A stretch of DNA of 38,852 nt from positions 1 through 38,852 of IMG/VR virus record IMGVR_UViG_3300016471_000302, one strand, 5' to 3'. The first letter of the stretch is position 1. Each line of letters starts with the position of its first letter. Source of the DNA: a virus. Lineage: Duplodnaviria; Caudoviricetes. Positions 1 through 8,323 of this stretch are shown here, in pieces. Below the pieces are notes generated by a model. It worked only from the letters and a program-made list of their open reading frames with translations, made no database searches and was not told the DNA's origin. The position numbers and the translations under genes were made by a program.

Positions 1-22
1 CGCTGTTGGCCGTGCCGCCGTC
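1..22. repeat. 22-bp direct repeat shared with the window end (circular assembly overlap)
   Basis: CGCTGTTGGCCGTGCCGCCGTC occurs at 1-22 and 38831-38852, and a reading frame runs uninterrupted across the join. Confidence 0.95.
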
Positions 23-967
23 TGCGTAGCAATCGATCGTGTTCGGGTTGGTGTTGTCCGGCGTGGCGGGGAGTTTGAGGCCCTGCTGCGTGCCCGACGC
101 ATCGAACACGAGCCCCGTCGTTCCGCCGAGCGCCACGCCTGCGCCAGCGACCTTGGAGAAGGTTGCGGCGACGGCACCGTTGGCCGCGATGGCAACGGTG
201 GATGCGCTCGGGAAGTACATGCCCGAGACGCCGGTAGATTCGCAGAACGTCGGTGCAGCAGCAGTACCACCGTTGCCGCTTGCAGCGAAAAACTGTCCGG
301 ACGAGTTGATGCCCCACTTGGTTCCACCTGAGATCCCAAAGCTGAGGCCGGACCCGTTGAGCACGAGCGGCTGGTATGACGCTGAAAGCGTCTGATCCAC
401 CGCGTCGATTTGAGCAACCGATGCCGTTGTAAGAAAACGGATGCCCTTGGTGGTGCCGGAAACCGCGAACTGATAAGTACCGTCTGCCGCAACGGAATGA
501 AGTCGAGCCCCCGGACTCGTCGTGCCGATGCCGACGTTGCCTGCGCCGGTAAGCCGCATCAGCTCCGCCGTTTGAACGCCGCCGTTGAAAAGCGAGTTCC
601 ATACGAAGGACGCGACGCTGCTCTGGAACGTCACGCCGAAACGGCCAACGGCACCAGCGACACCGGTCGCATACCACCGTTGGTATACCGCGTCTCCGTT
701 CGAAAGCCCGTTAACGCTCAGGTCTTGTGCATTCCATGCACCAAGCGAATTGTTTGCCTTGTAGATCGTCGACGTGGCGCTTGGTGTTGCGGTCCCAACG
801 GCGAAGTCTCGCGTCGTCGTGTAGACCGCGGTGCCGTTGTCGATGAGCCCCGAATCCCCCAACGTACTAGCCCCGGTCCAGCGGGGGATCGTGTTGGTGG
901 TGCCGGAGCCGCCGACGGGAGCGCCGCCGCTCAGAGTCGTGGGCGAGATGAGATTTGGTGCGCTCAT
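1..967 (-). CDS. Tail fibre/spike protein, 5' part (continues at 38830..38442; 451 aa in total)
   Basis: The ATG at 967 directly follows the stop of 970..1365. Manual translation gives MSAPNLISPTTLSGG...GTTNTIPRWTG...LMRLTGAGNVGIGTTSP...TIDCYADGGTANS with no stop. GNVGIGT is a typical fibre repeat. Absent from the ORF track because the frame runs off the window. Confidence 0.85.
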   Translation of the reverse strand, partial: MSAPNLISPTTLSGGAPVGGSGTTNTIPRWTGASTLGDSGLIDNGTAVYTTTRDFAVGTATPSATSTIYKANNSLGAWNAQDLSVNGLSNGDAVYQRWYATGVAGAVGRFGVTFQSSVASFVWNSLFNGGVQTAELMRLTGAGNVGIGTTSPGARLHSVAADGTYQFAVSGTTKGIRFLTTASVAQIDAVDQTLSASYQPLVLNGSGLSFGISGGTKWGINSSGQFFAASGNGGTAAAPTFCESTGVSGMYFPSASTVAIAANGAVAATFSKVAGAGVALGGTTGLVFDASGTQQGLKLPATPDNTNPNTIDCYADGGTANS

Positions 968-969
968 GG

Positions 970-1365
970 TCAGTTCCCGAAGACGCGTGCGTTGCGGACG
1001 CCAGCGGAAAAGGCGATGCAGATGCCAGAACCATCACGGCAGTCGATGGCAATCGCTTCGCCGGGAAGCACCTTGAAGGCCGTGTTGGCAGCGTTATCGG
1101 GAGCGCCGAGCGTCTTGCCGTTGTACTCGATGCCCGCGACGTACATGAATTCGCCAGCGACCGTGGAGTCGTTGTAGATGACGAGGCCCTGCACGTAGGA
1201 GCTGTCGAGGGTCTGGATCGGACCGGCCGAGAGCGGACTCACCGTACCGATGATGGGAACCTGGGAGCCCTGCGGCACGGCCGATTCGAGAAGACGGAAC
1301 GTCGTGTCGTTGCTGACCGTATACGCTCGCGTCTTGCTGCTGAGTCCTGTTCCGATTCTCGTCAT
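970..1365 (-). CDS. Putative small virion protein (131 aa)
   Basis: AAGGAGA Shine-Dalgarno (SD) upstream; beta-rich; lies between ejection genes and the fibre gene. Confidence 0.7.
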   Translation of the reverse strand: MTRIGTGLSSKTRAYTVSNDTTFRLLESAVPQGSQVPIIGTVSPLSAGPIQTLDSSYVQGLVIYNDSTVAGEFMYVAGIEYNGKTLGAPDNAANTAFKVLPGEAIAIDCRDGSGICIAFSAGVRNARVFGN

Positions 1366-1413
1366 GGTGTTCTCCTTGCCTGTCGTATCCCCGGCCTGAT
1401 GCCGGCATGAGTC

Positions 1414-4400
1414 TTAGCGGCCCAACTCGCCCTGGTCTTCGAAGCCCATGCTGTTTGCCGTTGGTGAATCCTTCGCCGAAGCGGCGCGACCACGCGTCGC
1501 CATCGTCTCGCTCTTGGGCTGCATCTGCTGGCCCTGGCCCTGCCCTTGGCCAAACGATGCGCCGCCCATCTGCTGAAGCATCAGCAGCGGGAGGTTCGTG
1601 CGCACCATGTACTTGTCCTTGAGCATGATCTTGAAGAGCGGAGCCAGGTTCGCCACCATCGCAGGACGCTGCTGGTGCAACGATGTGATCGCGCTCTTGA
1701 GCTGATCGTAACTCTCAGGAGAGATGCGTTGCAAGAGATCAACGTCCTGCTGACGCAGAGAGCCATCGCGGACGAATGTCGCCAAAAGGTTCGGGTCCTT
1801 CAAAAGAGCCACCGACCTGGCAAATGCCTGGGCATCCGCACCGTTCATGGTCGGCGGGCGCTTGCGCTCCAAGTAGTCCACCGCTGCGTCGAACCGGCGC
1901 TTGGCCTCCGCGACGTTCTTCGCATTCACCGAGCCCGTCTTCACGAGATCGCTGAACGCCTTGTCCGCCGACGCGCGGTCCTCGACGATGGAGTCGAGGT
2001 ACGCGTTCGCCTCCGCCACTGGGAACTGGTAGCCGCGACGCATCTCGCTCCGACGCCCCGACTCGGTCGTGAGCTGCGACATCGCCTTCAGCGTGTTCTC
2101 CGATGCCGACCAGAACTTGATCGGGTTCATCAGCGTCTTCGCTGCCAGCCACACGCCCTTCTTGCCCGACATCGCCGCCGTAGCCAGGCCAGTTGCGACG
2201 GTGCCCAATGCGGGGCCCAGGAGGCTGCTGGCGAGGACTTCGATGCCGAGGATGCCCGCCACGTCCTTGGGCGTGATCGATCCCTTGGAAGCCGGCGCTA
2301 CGTCGCGCAGCGAGGCTGCGATGTCTCGGCCTTCAGGCGAGCGCATGAAGTCAGCGAAGCGGCGCTCGAAGATCTGCTCCTCGGCAAGCGGCACGAGGCG
2401 ACCGCCAGCCGTCGAGCGCACGTAGTTCTCGCCCTTCGAGATGAGGGCTTCGAGCTCCTGACGAGCAGCCTTGTGGTCACCGATGATGCGCTGAAGCTCC
2501 GTCTGCGCGTTCTTGGCGGCGTCAAGCTTGCGACCGAGCGCGTCACGCTTGTCGCTGAGCACCTTCTTGTCGACCGCACGACGCGCATCCGCGAGCGACT
2601 GACGCGCCATGGCAGCAGCCTCCGCGTCCGTGGCAGCGTCCACCGCGTTGATGGCGCGCATTTCTCGGCGCGCACGAGCGGCCTGTTGCTGCTCCGCACG
2701 CGAGCTCTCCACCGCTTCGAGCGAGGTCTGCAGCATCTGCTCGCGCTCGGTCGCAGCTGCAAGGCTGTCAGTCAGAGCTGCCTTGCGGGTCGCCGTCTTG
2801 GCGTTCGCAAGCTTGTCCGTGATCGCGCGGCGCTCCTCGAATGCCTTGGCGCGCTGGTCGCCGAGCGTCGCAATCGCCTCGTCGTGCTTCGCGATGTTCG
2901 CCTCATGCTGGGCAAGCTTCGCGCGCAGCGATTCTGTCTCCGCCGGGTTCGCCGCCGTGATGGTCTGCGAATCTGCCAGCGTCTGCTCGACCGCAGGAGC
3001 CTCGACCGTCTCCGCAGGAAGGCGAGCCTCGCGGTAGCGCGCGAGCACGTCGTTCGCCATCTGCTCAGTTGGCTCGTTGGCCAGAATTGCACGAGCGTCC
3101 GACATGGCGGCGTCCGTGATCTCGGCATATCGCTGCGGACCAAGCACCGACTCCAGCCCGCCTTCCTTGGCAAACTGCTCGTCAATCGCGGTCACGAGAC
3201 CCTTGGCGCGCGTTGACTTGTGGTGCGCACCACGAATCAGGTCGACGTCCTTCGCGCCTGCTGCAATCGCGCGTACATACGCAGCGTTCTCAGCCGACAG
3301 CGACTGGCGCACCACCGGCTCGTTGAAGAGCTGCGTGAAGACGCTGACCTTGCTCGCGCCCTTCTTTGCCTCGCCCTCTGCAGCGCGGACGCCTTCCTTG
3401 AACAGACCGCGCTCGACCGTGAACATGTCGCCGACAATCGACCGGAACGAATCGAGCGGGCCCTTCGCTGCCTCGACCGTCGGCTGAGCGAACTCCTCGC
3501 CGTAGCGCGAGCCAGCCTTCACACCCATGCGTGCTGCATCGGAACTCGCAACACCAGCCTGCTCCTTGAGCACGTTGACCTCGCGCAGAAGCTCCTTCGC
3601 CTCATCACGCGCAGCCTGCGCTTCGCCGCCGGCAAGCTCAGCCGACTTCTCGCCAAGGTTCGACAGTTGACGACGAACGGCCTCGGCGCGAGACAGCTCG
3701 CGAGCCTTGCCGCGCTGCTCCTTGCCGAGCGAACCAACAATGTCAGCGAGAGCCAGCGTCTTTTTGCCGAGCTCCGTGTACATCGTCTCTTGCTCGGTGA
3801 AGGCAGCCATGGCCTTCTCAAGCTTGCTCACGCGCGTCTGCGCGCTCTGAATCGCAAGGTCTCCAGCCTTCTTGCTCTGGGCCAGGGCAAGGTCGTCCTT
3901 CGCAGCCTGGTACTCGGCGGCAAGCGTCTGCTCGTCCGCCAGGCGCGCCGACTTGTTCTTGAACGCCGTCTTCTGCACGTCCGCCAGCGTCTTGTTGAGA
4001 CGCTCGACCTCGCCCGTGTACTCGTCGGTGATCCTCTGACCAATCGAGTCGTAGCTCTCCTGGAGACGCTCGACCTTCGCCGCAAGCTTCTTCAGGCCCT
4101 TGCCGCTCAGCGAGTAGCCAAGATCATCTGCCTGCGTCGCCGCGTTGTTGATGCGCTCGACGATGCCCGCGAGGTTCGCCGAAGCGTTCTTCGCGTACTC
4201 TTGGATCTTCTGCTTCTCGACGTCCTTGCGAGCCTGCGCAGCCGCACGGTCGATATCCTCGGTCGTGGTCGACGGAATACCTGCGATGTCTTCTGCAGCA
4301 CGACGCTCGGCTGCCGCTGCGCCACGAGCCTTCGCCCTAGCCGCGCCCTCCGCGAGCGTCGAGCCAGCCGCACCGAGAATGCCGCCGACCTCAGCGCCAG

Positions 4401-5043
4401 CAAGCGCCGCTTCGCCGAGGTTTGCCTGACGGCGCTCGATGCCTGCCTGCGTTAGCTCGCTGCCAGCAGCGTAGCCAGCACCAATGCCTGCTTCCTTCGC
4501 TGCCGTCTCGGCAATGCGACGACCCGCGCTCTTGGCCGCTTCGCGCTCCAGAAGCGCAGCCTCTGCCGCGCTGCCTGCAGCGGGACCAAGAAGCTTGCCA
4601 GCACCCTTCAACCCGAGCGTGCCGCCGATGAGCTCGCCAGCGCCGATGGTCGAGAACATCCCGCCACCGCGCGCCTCTTCGAGCTGGGCGAGCGTCTCAG
4701 GCGACACGAGCCCGCTCTCGATAAGCGCACGACCACCGAGACCAAGGCTTGCGCCCTGGAGCGCACCATAGCCAAGACCCGCAGCGAGGCCGGCGCCACC
4801 TCCGAACCGCTGCTCGGCTTCACGCTGAAACGCCTCTTTCTCGGTCTGAAGCCGAGGAGGAGCATAGCCAAGATTCAGCCCCTCGACGACACGCTCAACT
4901 GGGATCTCCGTACCACGCTCGTCGCCAAGTGTGACGGTCTGCCCAGTGCGTGCCTTGTATCCAGCACGCAACAACGGAACGAGCTGGTCCTGCGGAACAG
5001 ATACGTCCTTGCCTTCGCGGTCGACGAGAGTGATCGGCTTCAC
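1414..5043 (-). CDS. Large internal virion/DNA ejection protein (~1209 aa)
   Basis: The GTG at 5043 overlaps the upstream TGA (GTGA). Ala/Glu-rich coiled coil with Gly-rich hydrophobic stretches, in the position of podoviral ejection proteins. Confidence 0.7.
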   Translation of the reverse strand: MKPITLVDREGKDVSVPQDQLVPLLRAGYKARTGQTVTLGDERGTEIPVERVVEGLNLGYAPPRLQTEKEAFQREAEQRFGGGAGLAAGLGYGALQGASLGLGGRALIESGLVSPETLAQLEEARGGGMFSTIGAGELIGGTLGLKGAGKLLGPAAGSAAEAALLEREAAKSAGRRIAETAAKEAGIGAGYAAGSELTQAGIERRQANLGEAALAGAEVGGILGAAGSTLAEGAARAKARGAAAAERRAAEDIAGIPSTTTEDIDRAAAQARKDVEKQKIQEYAKNASANLAGIVERINNAATQADDLGYSLSGKGLKKLAAKVERLQESYDSIGQRITDEYTGEVERLNKTLADVQKTAFKNKSARLADEQTLAAEYQAAKDDLALAQSKKAGDLAIQSAQTRVSKLEKAMAAFTEQETMYTELGKKTLALADIVGSLGKEQRGKARELSRAEAVRRQLSNLGEKSAELAGGEAQAARDEAKELLREVNVLKEQAGVASSDAARMGVKAGSRYGEEFAQPTVEAAKGPLDSFRSIVGDMFTVERGLFKEGVRAAEGEAKKGASKVSVFTQLFNEPVVRQSLSAENAAYVRAIAAGAKDVDLIRGAHHKSTRAKGLVTAIDEQFAKEGGLESVLGPQRYAEITDAAMSDARAILANEPTEQMANDVLARYREARLPAETVEAPAVEQTLADSQTITAANPAETESLRAKLAQHEANIAKHDEAIATLGDQRAKAFEERRAITDKLANAKTATRKAALTDSLAAATEREQMLQTSLEAVESSRAEQQQAARARREMRAINAVDAATDAEAAAMARQSLADARRAVDKKVLSDKRDALGRKLDAAKNAQTELQRIIGDHKAARQELEALISKGENYVRSTAGGRLVPLAEEQIFERRFADFMRSPEGRDIAASLRDVAPASKGSITPKDVAGILGIEVLASSLLGPALGTVATGLATAAMSGKKGVWLAAKTLMNPIKFWSASENTLKAMSQLTTESGRRSEMRRGYQFPVAEANAYLDSIVEDRASADKAFSDLVKTGSVNAKNVAEAKRRFDAAVDYLERKRPPTMNGADAQAFARSVALLKDPNLLATFVRDGSLRQQDVDLLQRISPESYDQLKSAITSLHQQRPAMVANLAPLFKIMLKDKYMVRTNLPLLMLQQMGGASFGQGQGQGQQMQPKSETMATRGRAASAKDSPTANSMGFEDQGELGR

Positions 5044-6947
5044 TTCTTGGCACCCCCAGAATAGAAGCCCTGCGACTTCTCCCATTGATCGTATGCGTCA
5101 AGCTCCGCAGTACCAGGAAGCATCGCATTCTCCAGAAGAGTCGACACGTTCGGGTCAGATCCCTTGGAGAGGACCTTGTACTTGTTCATCGCATTGCGAG
5201 CTTCGCTCTGCTGCGTGTCCATCCAGTTCTTGAATTTGTCGTAGCTGCTGAAGTCGCGGCTCATGAGGTTGCGAACGTACTCGCCGTCGGTGACGGAGCC
5301 ACCAGAGATGTTGCGCAGCTCCTCGTTCACGATCTTCTGAGCAAGGTTCATCATCTGGACCTGCTCGGGAGAATATGACGCGCTCATGGCTGCCTTGATG
5401 CTCTTGCCAACCATTGCAAGGACCGAGGTTCCGTCCTTTGCGCCCTTGGCCTCTGCGCTTTCGGCAGCTTCCTTAATGATTCGGCCAATGCTCATATCCC
5501 AGACTTCTTTTTGCTTCTGGATAGGCATGGTCGTCATGAGCGAGCGCACGCGTCCGACAGCGGCGCCCGTTCGCACCGCCTCATCGAATCCCTTATCCAT
5601 GAACTTGTAGGCTTCCCCAGCAGCCTTTTGCCTTGCTTCTGGGTCCATACCGAGAAGCTTGGCGCGCGCCTGCACGACACTCTCCATGCCGGCAAGGCGA
5701 GCCTTGTTCATCGCCACGTAGTTGGCAGCGTTCTTCAGATCGAGGTCCATCTTCATCTTGCCGCGCTGCATGTCGAGCTGCGAGATGGCCTGCTGGATGG
5801 CACCCTTCTCCTTGGCTCCAGTGATGCGCTGCTCGGCAAACTCAAGAGCTCGCTTGTGCTGGTCCATCGAGGCAAGCGTCGAGGCAGCCAGCGCCTCGTT
5901 CTCAGAAGCACCCATACGCATCGCGTCGAGGAAGTTCGTGCGGCGACCCGCGATGCCTTCCTTCATGCGACCGTACTCGGTCTGCTGGTTCATCACGTCG
6001 CGTTCGATGGCCTTGTCGACCTCGCCGAGGATCTGGTTCGGGCTCATGTCGCCAGCCTGGCCCTTGAGCGCACCGACGAGACCCGCCGCGAACGAGAGCG
6101 CACCCGTCGAGAGCGGGCTCTTGCCGACCTCGCGGATGACGCGCGAGGCATCGAACGACTTCTCGGCCTGCGCCATACGCGCTTCGTCCTCGGCCATCGC
6201 CTGACGACGAGCGCCAAAGAGCTGCGCCTGCTCTCCTTGCAACTTTTGCAGACCTTCGATGTACCGCTGACCGGCAGCCATCTGGCCAGCACGAGCAGCC
6301 TCTTGGCCGGGAACCTCGGCCCCCATCGCGCCGATAACATCACGCATGGCGGCCTGCTGGCCTGCAATGCCTTGGATGATGTCTTTGTTCATGCCGACGA
6401 CAGGGGCGCCACGCATGCCTTGGTATTGAGCGTAGATCTGGTCGAGCATTGCAAGCTGACGATCTTGCTCGGTAGGTGCCGCAGGAGCAGCGGGCGCACC
6501 AGCACCAGGCTCTAGACCAACAACGCCACCAGTGTTGGTAGGAGTATCAGCACTAGGAGTCGGAGCACCAGATACAGGTGTCTCCATTCGCACGATAGGT
6601 CCGCCAGCAACGAGGGAGCCAGGCACAACGGCAGCAGCGACAGGAGCCACTGCTGTCGCAATCCGTTGGAATGGCTGCTTGACGGCCTCGCCCAAGCTTT
6701 GAGAGACAGTCAGATTTGGGTTTTCTTGGCGATATCGACCACGAGCAAGAATGGATCTATCGACATCGGCAAGTTGGCTATTATCGCCACTGTACATCTC
6801 TTCGATGTTCTGTTCTCCAGCCGAAATCGGAAGAGATCCAGGCAAAGCGAATTGCTGTCGCTGCTGCCGAGCAGCCTCTCGGTCACGCTTGGCTCGTTCA
6901 ATCTCTGCCTTGGCATCTGCTGCAAGTGACCTGTTCGTCTCGTTCAT
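5040..6947 (-). CDS. Putative internal virion/ejection protein (635 aa)
   Basis: Long ORF, helical and Ala/Gln/Met-rich; synteny. Confidence 0.65.
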   Translation of the reverse strand: MNETNRSLAADAKAEIERAKRDREAARQQRQQFALPGSLPISAGEQNIEEMYSGDNSQLADVDRSILARGRYRQENPNLTVSQSLGEAVKQPFQRIATAVAPVAAAVVPGSLVAGGPIVRMETPVSGAPTPSADTPTNTGGVVGLEPGAGAPAAPAAPTEQDRQLAMLDQIYAQYQGMRGAPVVGMNKDIIQGIAGQQAAMRDVIGAMGAEVPGQEAARAGQMAAGQRYIEGLQKLQGEQAQLFGARRQAMAEDEARMAQAEKSFDASRVIREVGKSPLSTGALSFAAGLVGALKGQAGDMSPNQILGEVDKAIERDVMNQQTEYGRMKEGIAGRRTNFLDAMRMGASENEALAASTLASMDQHKRALEFAEQRITGAKEKGAIQQAISQLDMQRGKMKMDLDLKNAANYVAMNKARLAGMESVVQARAKLLGMDPEARQKAAGEAYKFMDKGFDEAVRTGAAVGRVRSLMTTMPIQKQKEVWDMSIGRIIKEAAESAEAKGAKDGTSVLAMVGKSIKAAMSASYSPEQVQMMNLAQKIVNEELRNISGGSVTDGEYVRNLMSRDFSSYDKFKNWMDTQQSEARNAMNKYKVLSKGSDPNVSTLLENAMLPGTAELDAYDQWEKSQGFYSGGAKK

Positions 6948-6956
6948 AATATTCCC

Positions 6957-8315
6957 TCAGAGTCCGAGACCGCCGCCGCCAGGCACGCGCTTCATGCGTC
7001 GAGGCATGCGACCAGGGCGCTGCTGCCGAAGTTCATCGGTGATGGTGGTCTGAAAGTCACCCGCGAGCGGAGCGGGAGCGACCTGCTCACCACCGAGACT
7101 CGTCTTCATGAAAGGCGACATGCTCTTGTTGATATCGATACTCGCCTGGAGATCGCGCGTTTCTGCATCCATCCCAGTCTTCGTACCGACTCGCGAGCCA
7201 TACGGTCCCGTTGGAACGGGGCCAAGACCCATACCGGTCTGGCGCTCCGCCTGAAGCCCAGCAAGTGTATCCGCTTGCATCTGACGTTCGCTTGCCGTCA
7301 CGGGAGCTAGGCCCCTTCGCGCATATGCCGGCGTCGTATCCAGGCCAGCAGCCGCAAGACCGCTTTGCTGGACATCCGCCGCGCTTGGACCAATGGCGGC
7401 TCGGACCGATGGATCAAGCGATGCGAGCGTCTGGTCTTGCTGCGCAAGCATCGACTCGATCTCGTTTGAACCAGCTCCGCCCGCACCAGGAGCGCCCGCA
7501 GCGCCACTGACTGCGCTCGCGACACCTGCCGCGACGGCGGGAGCTGCAGCGGCGGCAGCGCCAGGAAGGAACCCAAGCGCAGATGCAAGCTCACCAGAGC
7601 TCATCGACGCGGCAGGCTGCTGCCCGCTGAAACCCATTGCCGCAGACTCCTTTTGTCGGTCAGCCTCAACCTCCGCAGCGGTCTTGGGCGTCAGGAGCTG
7701 CTGAGCCAACGGAACGATTGCGCCAGCAATGCCTTGGCTAAGAGCCTGGCGACCACGCTGGGCTTCTTTCGCAGCACGCTCCGCGCTGAGCTGCTCCATG
7801 TAACCAAGCGCAGCACGGGCGCGCTCTTGCTCGCGCGAGCGGAGCTCAGAAAGCTGAGCCGCATACTGAGCCTGGACGTCTGCGCCCTGCTGCATAGCGG
7901 CGCGCTGAAGACCCGCCTGCTGTTGAGCGGTGCCCCGGTTGGTCTGCGCCTGCAGGTCCTGGAGGGCCCTTCCACGGGCGTATGCGAGGCCTGCCTGGCC
8001 CTGAGTCGTCCCGCCCTCTGCAACGGCCTTAAATGGCGCTTTGGCGCGCTCCAGGGCCTGTCGCTCTTCCGCCTCGGCATCCGAGACACCGAAGAGGCCA
8101 CCAAGAGCCTTGGTCACGAAGGGAGTGGCGACGCTGAGACCAGCGCCGATGAGAGCGCCAGGAAGTCCACCTACCATTCCACCGCCGGCAGCGCCCTTGG
8201 CAGCAGCCTCCGCAGCGCCCTGTGCGTCAAGCTCGCGCTTGCGCAAAAGACGGAGAAGTTCGTCCATTTGCGACGAAGAGTAGCCTCCGCCCGGTGGTGA
8301 TGCTTCGTCTGCCAT
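6957..8315 (-). CDS. Putative internal virion/ejection protein (452 aa)
   Basis: AGGAG SD; Gly/Ala-rich hydrophobic N-terminal segment (GGLPGALIGAGLS) and a Gln/Ala coiled coil; follows the nozzle gene. Confidence 0.65.
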   Translation of the reverse strand: MADEASPPGGGYSSSQMDELLRLLRKRELDAQGAAEAAAKGAAGGGMVGGLPGALIGAGLSVATPFVTKALGGLFGVSDAEAEERQALERAKAPFKAVAEGGTTQGQAGLAYARGRALQDLQAQTNRGTAQQQAGLQRAAMQQGADVQAQYAAQLSELRSREQERARAALGYMEQLSAERAAKEAQRGRQALSQGIAGAIVPLAQQLLTPKTAAEVEADRQKESAAMGFSGQQPAASMSSGELASALGFLPGAAAAAAPAVAAGVASAVSGAAGAPGAGGAGSNEIESMLAQQDQTLASLDPSVRAAIGPSAADVQQSGLAAAGLDTTPAYARRGLAPVTASERQMQADTLAGLQAERQTGMGLGPVPTGPYGSRVGTKTGMDAETRDLQASIDINKSMSPFMKTSLGGEQVAPAPLAGDFQTTITDELRQQRPGRMPRRMKRVPGGGGLGL

Positions 8316-8323
8316 GACTACTC

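Noticed and set aside
1-22. 22-bp terminal repeat as a biological terminal repeat or att site
   Set aside because: It lies mid-gene and has k-mer-overlap length, so it is best explained as an assembler artefact.
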